A stretch of DNA of 64,000 nucleotides from Nitrospirota bacterium (GCA_021840255.1 JAKBYX010000002.1:33325-97324); one strand, 5' to 3'. Counted from the first letter of the stretch, positions 8,751 through 17,800 are shown. Notes: generated from the sequence alone by a model not told the origin. Numbers and translations are program-made.

Positions 8751-9293
8751 TTAAGCTCTCCCCAAAAGAGGAATCCTCCTGTCAGAAAGTATTTTCTGAA
8801 GGGCGCCGTCTCGCGCTTTTTTCCTCTGGCGGTACTCCTGTTCGCTCATGCGAGTGAGCACCACCCTGCATCCGAAATGCCTGGCGGTTTCCCTGATGGC
8901 CTTTTCGTCGATCTCGCCCGCCGCAACGACAAGGAGGTTTACGGTCTTAACGTCCCGTCCCTCCGCGTACGGCCCGTAGATGAAAGCGCACACGGCGCCG
9001 CCCCTCAGCAGGGCCTTAAGGCTGCCGGCAAGCCCAAGGGATTTCGTTATCAGATTTTTAAGCTCAGAATAAAGGGGAGAGGTTGCGTCCGCCTGGAAGT
9101 ATTTCAGATTGGCGACTTTCTCACTCCTGACAACCCCGATCTTCTCGAGGCTGTCCAACTCTCTTTTGACCGCCGAGGGGTTTTTATCTAGGAGCCTCGA
9201 TATTTCCCTCATATAAAACTTGTCCTCCGGGCTGTTCAACAGCAGCGAGAGGACCTCTGCCCTTATAGCCGATGAAAAAAGCTTTTTTAACAT
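8751..9293 (-). CDS. winged-HTH (ArsR-like) protein fused to a degenerate nucleotidyltransferase-like domain
   Basis: N-terminal wHTH reads RAEVLSLLLNSPEDKFYMREISRLLDKNPSAVKRELDSLEKIGVV. The C-terminal part (FIYGPYAEGRD..VNLLVV) resembles the MNT/NTase GS..DxD strand, but the catalytic residues are replaced. Confidence 0.6.
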   Translation of the reverse strand: MLKKLFSSAIRAEVLSLLLNSPEDKFYMREISRLLDKNPSAVKRELDSLEKIGVVRSEKVANLKYFQADATSPLYSELKNLITKSLGLAGSLKALLRGGAVCAFIYGPYAEGRDVKTVNLLVVAAGEIDEKAIRETARHFGCRVVLTRMSEQEYRQRKKARDGALQKILSDRRIPLLGRA

Positions 9294-9410
9294 CTGGTTT
9301 TATATAAAGATATTTTTCCCCAAATGTCAACAAGAAAATCATTTTTTTGAACATAAGGTGCCTAAAAAGAAACGATTCCTTAAAGTGAACGATCGTTGAT
9401 GAACTTGAAA

Positions 9411-10304
9411 CTATGTTTCGGAGTGGGTCTTTTTACCGCTGAGGAGCTCTCTTGCGGTCCGCATGTTCATGGGGTCATCTTCTTCTTTTTTCTTGGGGGT
9501 CTCCATTATGAGCGGGACGTCCCTGAAGGGAGGGCCGAAGCCCAGGAAATTCCTGAGCCCGTCAAGGCCTATGCCGCCTTTCCCCAGGTGCTCGTGCCTG
9601 TCCAGGCCTGAGCCCAGCCGCCCCCTGGAGTCGTTCATATGGATAAGCCGCACCTCTACGCCCTGCGTCTGCCGGGCAAGGAACTGCATCCCATCGCTTG
9701 CCGTGATATCGTAGCCCGAGGCAAACCCGTGGCAGGTATCAAAGCAGATGCCCGCGGCCCCGGTCTCAAGGGCCATCCGCGCGAGCATCTTTATGGATTC
9801 GGGAGGATGGTTTGGAGCCGGCGCCGCGGCCGTATTTTCAAGCAGCAGCCCGGCCCTGAACTTTTTCTTTTTCTTGTTTTCTTTTTTGTTTTTCGCTCCC
9901 GTGCCCAGAACGCTTTTTACCGCTTCCATGAAAAGTATATTTGCCCCGCTGTCGTCTTCGCCGTCCGTTGCCGCGCGGCCGGAATGGACGATCACATAAT
10001 CGGCCCCTATGATATCGGCCCTCTTCATCTCCTCTTCCAGCATCCAGACGGACTTTTCCCTGAGATCCGTATTTTCGCTGGATAAGTTCAGCAGATAACA
10101 GGCGTGGATGAACACAGGGTCCAGCCCCAGCTTTTCCCTTTCCGACCTGAACTTGCGGGCCTCTTCCTCCGGGATGCCGGAGAGCTGCCAACTCCTGGGG
10201 CTGTGGGAGAATATCTGAAAGGTGGTGCAGCCCAGGGCATGGGCACGCTCCAGCGCCTTTGGGAAACCACCCGCTATAGATACATGCACGCCAAACCGCC
10301 TCAT
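9411..10304 (-). CDS. nfo: endonuclease IV (deoxyribonuclease IV)
   Basis: FGVHVSIAGG..A...A..LGCTTFQIFSHSPRSW, VIVHSG, LLENTA and ETP motifs. I chose the start at MRRFGVHV (10304); the track ORF runs to 10391. It contains an in-frame GAKNKKENKKKKKF insert. Confidence 0.85.
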   Translation of the reverse strand: MRRFGVHVSIAGGFPKALERAHALGCTTFQIFSHSPRSWQLSGIPEEEARKFRSEREKLGLDPVFIHACYLLNLSSENTDLREKSVWMLEEEMKRADIIGADYVIVHSGRAATDGEDDSGANILFMEAVKSVLGTGAKNKKENKKKKKFRAGLLLENTAAAPAPNHPPESIKMLARMALETGAAGICFDTCHGFASGYDITASDGMQFLARQTQGVEVRLIHMNDSRGRLGSGLDRHEHLGKGGIGLDGLRNFLGFGPPFRDVPLIMETPKKKEEDDPMNMRTARELLSGKKTHSET

Positions 10305-10444
10305 TCCATAATTATAGAAGATATAAAGACAGGAAAATCGTTGGAACCTCAGTTGATAAATACCGCCGGACGAGACGGCTTTCGCTTTCACTTAAACTGG
10401 TACACTACTAAATTGTTTTGTAATTTGCTTAAAAAAGGGCGTTA

Positions 10445-11887
10445 TTGCTAAAATTTCACATCTTGGCCACCCTGCTTCTCATATTGATAACCGCCCTTTT
10501 GCTCGTCAACATCTGGCTGTCCCTGAGGGCGGGCGGCAGGGAGCGTGACGGCCGGAACGAAGAGCTTAAAAGCCAGATCTCCTACCTGGAAAAGGGTTTG
10601 AAAGACGACCTGGTCCGGATAAGGGAAGAGTCGCGGACGAACGCGAAGGAGGCCAGGGAGGAACTGGGCAATGGGCTGCGCGGCTTTGGTGACTCCGTGT
10701 CCGCCAGGATGGCCGAGATAGCCCAGCTTCAAAAAAACCAGCTTGACGCCTTTTCCGGACAGCTTGTGAACCTCACAAGGTCCAACATCGAGCAGCTTGA
10801 AAAGATGACCGGCAGGCACACGGAGCTCATTCAAACCGTAGAGAAAAAACTGGAAGGGGTCCGGGAGGCCGTCGAGGCCAGGCTAAAATCCATTCAGGAA
10901 GACACAAGCATGAAGCTTGAAAAGATGCGCGAGACCGTGGACGAGAAGCTCCACAAGACGCTTGAACAGAGGCTTGGCGAGTCCTTCAGGCTGGTGAGCG
11001 AACGCCTGGAACAGGTGCACAAGGGGCTTGGCGACATGCAGAACCTGGCCGTGGGCGTGGGGGATCTGAAAAAGATGCTCTCCAACGTGAAGACCCGCGG
11101 CATCCATGGCGAGATACAGCTTGGGAACATCCTGGAACAGATCCTCTCGCCTGAGCAGTATGAAAAGAACGTGGCTGTCAGGAAGGGATCGAGGGAGAAC
11201 GTGGAATTTGCGATAAGGCTCCCGGGCAGAGACCAGGAAAGAAGCATAGTGTATCTGCCCATAGACTCCAAATTCCCCCTGGAAGTCTATTATTCACTTG
11301 CGGAGGCATATGACAAAGGCAACCCTGCGCTCATAGAGGAAACTTCGAAGCTTCTTGAGCAAGCGATCAAAAAAAACGCGAAGGACATCAGGGACAAGTA
11401 CCTGGACCCGCCAGGCACAACGGATTTCGGCATCATGTTTCTTCCCATAGAGGGGCTTTACGCCGAGGTGGTAAGAAGGCCGGGGCTCTTCGAGGTGCTC
11501 CAGCGCGACTACCGTATTACCATAACGGGGCCAACCACGCTTGCCGCCTTCTTAAACAGCCTTCAGATGGGCTTTAGCACTCTGGCCATAGAGAAAAGGT
11601 CCAGCGAAGTCTGGAAGATACTGGGCGCGGTGAAGACCGAATTCGACCGGTTCGGCGACGTCCTGAAGCGCGCTCAGGACAAGCTGAGCCAGACCAGCAA
11701 GGAACTGGATAACCTTGTCGGGGTAAGGTCCAGGCAGATACAGGTGAAGCTCAGAAAGATCCAGCAGATGCCGGAAGAAAAAGACCTTTCCATTTCTTCT
11801 GTCGGGTCTTCTGGCGGGCTGTCCGATGGCCCGTCCGGCGTGCAGTCCGGCTTGCAATTTGGCGAGGGCGGCCTGGAAGAAAACTGA
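10445..11887 (+). CDS. rmuC: DNA recombination protein RmuC
   Basis: N-terminal TM helix, a long coiled-coil and the conserved C-terminal nuclease-like region (FAIRLPG..IVYLPIDSKFPLE..MFLPIEGLY). TTG start. Confidence 0.85.
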   Translation: MLKFHILATLLLILITALLLVNIWLSLRAGGRERDGRNEELKSQISYLEKGLKDDLVRIREESRTNAKEAREELGNGLRGFGDSVSARMAEIAQLQKNQLDAFSGQLVNLTRSNIEQLEKMTGRHTELIQTVEKKLEGVREAVEARLKSIQEDTSMKLEKMRETVDEKLHKTLEQRLGESFRLVSERLEQVHKGLGDMQNLAVGVGDLKKMLSNVKTRGIHGEIQLGNILEQILSPEQYEKNVAVRKGSRENVEFAIRLPGRDQERSIVYLPIDSKFPLEVYYSLAEAYDKGNPALIEETSKLLEQAIKKNAKDIRDKYLDPPGTTDFGIMFLPIEGLYAEVVRRPGLFEVLQRDYRITITGPTTLAAFLNSLQMGFSTLAIEKRSSEVWKILGAVKTEFDRFGDVLKRAQDKLSQTSKELDNLVGVRSRQIQVKLRKIQQMPEEKDLSISSVGSSGGLSDGPSGVQSGLQFGEGGLEEN

Positions 11888-12035
11888 TCAACGGGAAAAG
11901 TAAAAAGCAAAAAACGCAAAAAATCAAAGGGAATAAAACAAAATAAAAGTACCCGCTGAAAAAGCAAAAAAAGCAAAAAAAGCGAAGAAAACAAAAGAGG
12001 CAAAAAGCCCTGCCGGGCTCATCTTCAAGGTAAAG

Positions 12036-12260
12036 GTGGAGCCCCGAAGCTCCAAAAGGCAGATCGCGGGGCTCCACGCGGACGCCCTCAAGGTAAAGCT
12101 CACAAGCCCGCCGGTCGAAGGCAAGGCAAACGAGGAGCTGATAGAGTTCCTTGCAGAGACGTTCAAAGTAAGGAAATCCGCCGTGAAGATCCTTAAAGGA
12201 AGCTCCTCCAAGCAGAAGCTCGTTCTTATCGAGGGTCTGGAAGAGTTGGAAATAAAATAA
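12036..12260 (+). CDS. DUF167 (YggU-family) protein; the true start is probably upstream
   Basis: LKVKLTSPPVEGKANEELIEFLAETFKV matches the YggU core (KV.[10 protein letters not shown]). In-frame residues upstream of the GTG (GLIFKVKV) still align with the family. See the related finding. Confidence 0.7.
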   Translation: MEPRSSKRQIAGLHADALKVKLTSPPVEGKANEELIEFLAETFKVRKSAVKILKGSSSKQKLVLIEGLEELEIK

Positions 12261-12288
12261 ACTAAGGTAAAGTGAAAAAAATACCCGG

Positions 12289-13284
12289 ATGAAATTCATA
12301 GCAAAGACAAAAGACAATAACACCGGAACACTGTTTGACCTCCTGGCGGAGAAAACCGGGGCATCGGCAACCAAGGTCCGGATGCTCATAAAAAAAGGGG
12401 CCGTCCTGGTGGATGGCAGGGCCGCGCTGAGGCCGGACGCGCCTGTCAGGCCCGGACAAGGCATCGAGATAACGGAGAAAAAAAGCAGGAAGGCCAAGCC
12501 TAAAAAAATAAAAGGCGGTCTGCCGTTACAGGTACTTTATGAGGATGAATACCTGCTGGCGGCGCAGAAGCCCGCGGGGATGCTCTCCATAAGCACGAAA
12601 ACGGAAAACATAAACACCTTCTACAGGGCGGTTTCAGACTATGTTAAGGAAAACGCCGCCCGCGGGGACAGGACAAAAACAAAAACACCCGGGGGCAAGG
12701 GGAAGATATTCATAGTCCACCGTCTGGACCGGGAAGTCTCCGGGGTGATGGTGTTTGCCAAGAGCCAGGAGGTCCAAAAGTCCCTTCAGGACTCCTGGGA
12801 AAAGGTTGAAAAGGTCTACAGCGCCCTGGTTGAAGGCCGTCCGCCCAAGGATGAGGGAACGGTAAAGGGCTGGCTTTGCGAAATCGGAGAAAATCTCATG
12901 CGCTCATGTCCCGCTCCTGCTCCCGGGGATAAGGCATCGAGGGCCAAACTGGCCGTGACCCACTACAGGCTCGTTGAGGCGGGCCCGGTTTTAAGCCTGC
13001 TTGAGGTAAGGCTTGGGACGGGAAGGAAACACCAGATACGGGTGCACCTGAGGGACATGGGATGCCCCGTTGTTGGAGACAAGAAATACGGCGCGCCTGA
13101 TACAAAGGCCGGAGGGAAAACAAAAAACCCGGCTGACCGTTTTCATTCGGGCTTCAAACGGATGGGGCTGCACGCGGCGCGCCTTTCTTTTACCCATCCG
13201 GTCACCGGACGGAAACTGGTCATCGAGTCCCCGGCGCCGAAGGGTTTTCTGATTCCTCTTAAAAAGACAAAAGGAAAAGAATAA
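12289..13284 (+). CDS. RluA-family 23S rRNA pseudouridine synthase (RluD-like, with S4 domain)
   Basis: S4-like N-terminus (KKGAVLVDGRAA.P...V..G..I), catalytic HRLDREVSGVMVFAKS and the GRKHQIRVH motif. Confidence 0.85.
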   Translation: MKFIAKTKDNNTGTLFDLLAEKTGASATKVRMLIKKGAVLVDGRAALRPDAPVRPGQGIEITEKKSRKAKPKKIKGGLPLQVLYEDEYLLAAQKPAGMLSISTKTENINTFYRAVSDYVKENAARGDRTKTKTPGGKGKIFIVHRLDREVSGVMVFAKSQEVQKSLQDSWEKVEKVYSALVEGRPPKDEGTVKGWLCEIGENLMRSCPAPAPGDKASRAKLAVTHYRLVEAGPVLSLLEVRLGTGRKHQIRVHLRDMGCPVVGDKKYGAPDTKAGGKTKNPADRFHSGFKRMGLHAARLSFTHPVTGRKLVIESPAPKGFLIPLKKTKGKE

Positions 13285-13301
13285 AATTTTGCCAAAAAAA
13301 A

Positions 13302-14699
13302 TCATGCCAGTCTGCCAAGCGCCTCGGGTATAAGCTCTGAGAGCTCCGGGAATATGTGCATGCTGCCAGTGATGTAGTCCGCGCTGCCGCCGTTTGCGAT
13401 GGTGTTTGCCACTTCCTGTATGAGAATCGGGGCCAGGGGGCCAAGTATATGGAATCCAAGCAGCTTCCTGTCCTTTTTCCGTGCTATTGCCTTTGCAAAC
13501 CCCACCTTTTCCTGCATGGCGATACCCTTGGCCACATCAGAGTAGGATGCCCTGCCAACCAGCACATCATCCCCATAGCGCCGCCTTGCCTCTTTTTCCG
13601 TAAGCCCCACGCCTGCGATCTGCGGGTGGGAAAAGATGGCGTGCGGTACTGAATCGAAATCCATCCCCATCTTTTTCGTTTCATCATGCGTGGCGTTATG
13701 CCAGGCTATTTCAGCCTCCCTGTCCCCGGCATGGGTGAACATCTGCCTGCCTGTCGCGTCCCCGAAGGCCCATATGTTTTCCACATTTGTCAGAAGGCCG
13801 TCATCCACCCTGATGTAGTTTCTGTCATCCGTTTGAATGCCCGCCGCGGCGGCCCTGATTAGATCCGCATTGGATACCCTGCCCACGGCCACCATAGTGC
13901 TTTCCGCCGTGAATTTCCTTTTTCCCCCGTTTTTGTCCTGGGCGGTCACGAACACTCCTGTCCCCTCGCGCCCGGCCTCGACCACCTTTAATCCCTTGTT
14001 GATCCCGGCGTACCTGGACAGCTCCGTTTCAAAGACGCTGACGATCTCCGGCTCCTCCTGGGATATGAGGCTATCCAGGGCCTCTATTATGGTGACCCTG
14101 GAACCGGCGGCCGAAAAGAAATGGGCGTACTCCACGGCGATATATCCTCCGCCTATTATTATCATGCTTTCGGGAGGTTTCTGGAGTTCAAGGACGGATT
14201 CATTTGTTAGATATCCGGTCTCCCCAAGACCTTTTATGGGAGGAATCATCGGCCTGGAGCCCGAGGCGATGAAGACCTTTTTTCCTCTTATGAGCTGCCC
14301 TTCGAACTGCCCCTCCAACTCCAGCGTGTACGGCCCGGTAAAATGCGCCGGCGCGTGATAGTAATCCAGATTTTTAGAATTTTTCTCTATTTCCTCTCTT
14401 AAAAAAAACCTCCCATGGTTTCTGGCCTTGTTCATCCGGGCCATAATGGAGGCGAAGTTCACTTCATTTACCTGGGCCTTTACCCCGATGCGCCCGGCCT
14501 CCTCCACCTCCCTGATCCTGTCTGCCGGGTAGATGAGGATCTTAGAGGGTACGCACCCTACGTTAAGGCAGGTCCCGCCCAGGTCGTCCTTATTCACCAA
14601 GGCCACCTTAAGGCCCGCCTCAACCGCCTTGAACACTACGTTCAACGCCACACCGGCGCCTATCACAAGCACATCGTAGTCCTTAATATTTTTTGCCAT
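13302..14699 (-). CDS. class I pyridine nucleotide-disulfide oxidoreductase (dihydrolipoyl dehydrogenase/mycothione-reductase-like)
   Basis: VIGAGVA FAD motif, redox-active GGTCLNVGCVPSK and the C-terminal interface motif MHIFPELSE. Length is 465 aa. Confidence 0.8.
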   Translation of the reverse strand: MAKNIKDYDVLVIGAGVALNVVFKAVEAGLKVALVNKDDLGGTCLNVGCVPSKILIYPADRIREVEEAGRIGVKAQVNEVNFASIMARMNKARNHGRFFLREEIEKNSKNLDYYHAPAHFTGPYTLELEGQFEGQLIRGKKVFIASGSRPMIPPIKGLGETGYLTNESVLELQKPPESMIIIGGGYIAVEYAHFFSAAGSRVTIIEALDSLISQEEPEIVSVFETELSRYAGINKGLKVVEAGREGTGVFVTAQDKNGGKRKFTAESTMVAVGRVSNADLIRAAAAGIQTDDRNYIRVDDGLLTNVENIWAFGDATGRQMFTHAGDREAEIAWHNATHDETKKMGMDFDSVPHAIFSHPQIAGVGLTEKEARRRYGDDVLVGRASYSDVAKGIAMQEKVGFAKAIARKKDRKLLGFHILGPLAPILIQEVANTIANGGSADYITGSMHIFPELSELIPEALGRLA

Positions 14700-15091
14700 C
14701 CCTCACCCCCTTCACGGATGTCCTGTATTTAAAAAATCTTATCACAGTATATTCATGCGCAAGACCATAAAACTAAAGAGTAGATTATTAAAACGTCAGG
14801 TGATGCCGGTGTTCGCTTTCAACGCCTTTTTTCTGCCGCTGCATGGCCTCTTTCTGCTGGTCCGTGCAAACTCGCCCTTTGGGCTCAAACATGCACGGTC
14901 CTTTCAGCAGAAATCGCCGGCATCGGCAACGAAAAAAGCCAATGTTCGCTCAATCCGGCATGGCCTGAACGTTCCTGAAATAGCCGGATGTTTTTCAGGC
15001 ATGTTATCATGAAAGACTGTTCCGGCAAAAAAACAAAAATCCTGCTTAGCAATTTTTCAATGCAGAAATAATTCTGGGAGATCAGGTTGAA

Positions 15092-16324
15092 ATGAGTTCA
15101 AATTCTACGGGAGAGTCCAGGACGGGGTTCAGGGTGCTTGGGGCCATAAGCTTCTCGCATTTTCTGAACGACACCATGCAGTCCCTGATCCTTGCGATCT
15201 ACCCCTTGCTTAAAGGCAAGTTCCAGCTTAACTTTGCCCAGATCGGGCTGATAACCTTAAGTTACCAGCTCACGGCTTCCCTGCTTCAGCCCCTGGTGGG
15301 GCTTTATACGGACCATCATCCGAAACCCTATTCGCTTACCCTGGGTATGGGATGCACGCTCGTTGGCCTTCTGCTGCTGGGGGTAGCTCCCAGCTACGGC
15401 TGGGTCCTTTTGGCGGCCGCTTTGGTTGGCACCGGGTCTTCCATCTTCCACCCGGAGTCCTCTCGGGTGGCCCGCATGGCCTCCGGCGGACGGCACGGGC
15501 TGGCCCAATCTTTTTTCCAGGTAGGCGGCAATATGGGCACCGCGATGGGCCCCCTGGCTGCGGCATTGATCGTTATCCCCCATGGGCAGGGCAGCGTTGC
15601 CTGGTTCTCGTTGGCAGCGTTCGTGGCCATATTGGTGCTTTGGCAGGTGGGAGGCTGGTACAAGCGCCATCAAAGGCTTGCCACCCAGAGTTCCACTCGC
15701 TGGGGGCTCCACCCGGATCTGCCTGCCAGAAGGGTGATCTTGTCCGTAATTATCCTTCTGATACTGGTATTTTCCAAGTATTTCTATCTGGCCAGTTTCA
15801 GCAGTTATTTTATTTTTTACCTGATGCGCAGGTTCCACCTCACGGTGCAGGCCGCGCAGGTGCATCTCTTTCTGTTCCTGTTTGCGGTCGCAGCCGGCAC
15901 TTTTCTGGGAGGCCCGATAGGCGACCGCATAGGCAGAAAAAAAGTGATCTGGATATCCATACTTGGCACCGCCCCGTTCGCCCTGGCGCTGCCCTATGCC
16001 AACCTGGCCTGGACGGGCATTCTCGCCTTCATTGCCGGTTTCATTCTCGCTTCCGCATTTGCTGCCATTATCGTCTTCGCGCAGGAGCTGATACCGGGCA
16101 AGGTGGGGACCATATCCGGTTTCTTCTTTGGTTTTGCCTTCGGCATGGGCGGCATCGGGGCCGCTGTGCTGGGTAAACTGGCAGACCGGCATGGCATCGT
16201 ATTTGTCTATCACCTGTGCTCGTATCTGCCTCTGCTGGGAATACTTACGGCATTTCTGCCGGATTTGAGGCGAGGGGGGCGAGCGGCCGCCCGTCAGTGG
16301 GCCGGTCCGGACGCTTCCAAATGA
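15092..16324 (+). CDS. MFS transporter (Fsr/fosmidomycin-resistance-like)
   Basis: About 12 predicted TM helices, with N-terminal FSHFLNDTMQSLILAIYPLLK typical of the Fsr subgroup. Confidence 0.8.
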   Translation: MSSNSTGESRTGFRVLGAISFSHFLNDTMQSLILAIYPLLKGKFQLNFAQIGLITLSYQLTASLLQPLVGLYTDHHPKPYSLTLGMGCTLVGLLLLGVAPSYGWVLLAAALVGTGSSIFHPESSRVARMASGGRHGLAQSFFQVGGNMGTAMGPLAAALIVIPHGQGSVAWFSLAAFVAILVLWQVGGWYKRHQRLATQSSTRWGLHPDLPARRVILSVIILLILVFSKYFYLASFSSYFIFYLMRRFHLTVQAAQVHLFLFLFAVAAGTFLGGPIGDRIGRKKVIWISILGTAPFALALPYANLAWTGILAFIAGFILASAFAAIIVFAQELIPGKVGTISGFFFGFAFGMGGIGAAVLGKLADRHGIVFVYHLCSYLPLLGILTAFLPDLRRGGRAAARQWAGPDASK

Positions 16325-16400
16325 TTTTTTGCGGAGGGTTCCTTTTCCGGACAGTCTATTTCAGTGTAATTTTCCTGATCAACTGGAAACGGGCTTCCAT

Positions 16401-16430
16401 TTGACAGAGACTTCCCGGTAAACGGATAAT
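16401..16430 (+). promoter_or_regulatory. candidate sigma70 promoter abutting the radical-SAM gene start
   Basis: TTGACA (16401-16406), 18-nt spacer, GATAAT (16425-16430). An ATG lies at 16436, which suggests a leaderless transcript. Confidence 0.4.
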
Positions 16431-17380
16431 TGAATATGGCACCTGTCAGGCGTTTCAACTCTTTCGGGGAATATGCCAAAGCCAGATTTGGCGGCAGAAA
16501 ACTTCAGAAGGTAAATATTGACGCGGGTTTTACCTGCCCGAACCGGGACGGCACCCTTGGGCTCGGGGGCTGTGTATATTGCAACAACAACAGCTTCAAG
16601 CCAGGTACCTGCCGGTCCGTCCTGCCGGTCTCAAAGCAGGTGTCCGAGGGTATAGGTTACCTGGGACGCCGGTACAAGGCGGGCCTTTTCCTTGCCTATT
16701 TTCAGCCATATACCAATACATACGCGCCCGTGGAAGAGCTGGAGAGGCTTTATTTGGAGGCCCTGGCCCATCCGCAGGTTGCTGGCCTGGCGATAGGCAC
16801 CAGGCCCGATTGCGTGGACGAGCAGAAGATCGCCCTGCTTGAAAGGCTGGCCGCTAAAAAATACTTCATACTGGTTGAATACGGGCTGCAGTCCGTCTAT
16901 GAAAAGTCCCTGCAATTTATAGAGCGCGGTCATGGTTTTGATGCCTTTTTGAAGGCGCTGGAGCTCACCTGCGGCAAGGGCATACATATAGGGGCGCACA
17001 TCATAGCGGGCATTCCCACGGAGACCCGCGAGGAAACCCTCCTTATGGCAGACAGGCTGTCTGAGCTGGATATCGGTTTTTTAAAACTGCACCAGCTGCA
17101 GGTGGTAAAAGGCACTAAGCTTGCCCGCTCTTATGAGCAAGACCCGTTCCATGTTTTCGGGTATGAGGAGTACATAGATTTTGCCGTTGACTTCCTGGAG
17201 CGCCTGCGGGCGGACATCGTTATCCAGAGGCTTTTTGCGACGGCCCCCGATGAGCTCCTTATTGCGCCCAGGTGGGGATGGGACAGGCACCGCACCCTTA
17301 AAGATATCGAGACAAGGCTTGCACAGAGGAATACCTTCCAGGGCAGGAAGGCAAAGACAGTTAAACAGAGTATGATCTAA
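16430..17380 (+). CDS. TIGR01212-family radical SAM protein
   Basis: KVNIDAGFTCPNRDGTLGLGGCVYCNN matches the family's Cys cluster region. Length is 316 aa. The start may be the ATG at 16436. Confidence 0.85.
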   Translation: MNMAPVRRFNSFGEYAKARFGGRKLQKVNIDAGFTCPNRDGTLGLGGCVYCNNNSFKPGTCRSVLPVSKQVSEGIGYLGRRYKAGLFLAYFQPYTNTYAPVEELERLYLEALAHPQVAGLAIGTRPDCVDEQKIALLERLAAKKYFILVEYGLQSVYEKSLQFIERGHGFDAFLKALELTCGKGIHIGAHIIAGIPTETREETLLMADRLSELDIGFLKLHQLQVVKGTKLARSYEQDPFHVFGYEEYIDFAVDFLERLRADIVIQRLFATAPDELLIAPRWGWDRHRTLKDIETRLAQRNTFQGRKAKTVKQSMI

Positions 17381-17435
17381 CCTGGGAAGCAGCGCTGGTT
17401 TTAAGAGACAAAAGGGAAGGATGGGATGCTCCTGG

Positions 17436-17800
17436 TCATGATTTCATTGTCCAAGAGCCCTCCTGATGGATTTCTTCAGCTCCTTGTTCCAGCCCCTTTA
17501 CCCTGTCGCAGACTGCATCGCGCGCCGTGAGCATGAGAACGGAGGAACGGACGTTTTTTTCGTGAAGGCCCCTCAATATCTGCCAGCCGTCAAGCCCGGG
17601 AAGCATCACCCGCCGCGAATTCATATTCCCTGGTATTTTCACTATGCCACAATATTCATATATGCCATATATTCGCTGTCTGACGGAGCCATGCTTTTCC
17701 CGCAACACGGGTTGGAGCTGAGTCCATGTTGCCTCAGAATCTTTTCAGGACTTATCTCAAAAATGATTCTAAAGCGAAAGAGAGAGGGAATGTGGCAGAC
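17436..17800 (-). pseudogene. decayed OmpR/CusR-type response-regulator receiver fragment
   Basis: The 17436-17708 frame reads VMLPGLDGWQILRGLHEKNVRSSVLMLTARDAVCDRVKGLEQGAEE, compared with the family pattern DVMLPGLDG..PVLMLTARDAVEDRVKGL..GADDY. The N-terminal part (RIIFEISPEKIL...) lies in another frame. The fragment stops after alpha4 and no DNA-binding domain follows. Confidence 0.5.

Noticed and set aside
8444-8857. Plus-strand ORFs (137 aa and 91 aa) across the H1-like gene, giving Leu/Pro/Ser- or Ala/Phe-rich repeat proteins
   Set aside because: They are mirror translations of the Lys/Ala repeat DNA. Only the minus-strand frame has a consensus RBS and a known protein type.
14788-14892. 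34-aa minus-strand ORF (MFEPKGRVCTDQQKEAMQRQKKGVESEHRHHLTF) with an AAGGA-like RBS, upstream of the disulfide oxidoreductase gene. Also the 85-aa plus-strand track ORF at 14755-15012.
   Set aside because: Both are too short, and neither matches a family I recognise. The two overlap in antisense, so I cannot support either as a gene from sequence alone. It would be worth a look only if ribosome profiling exists.
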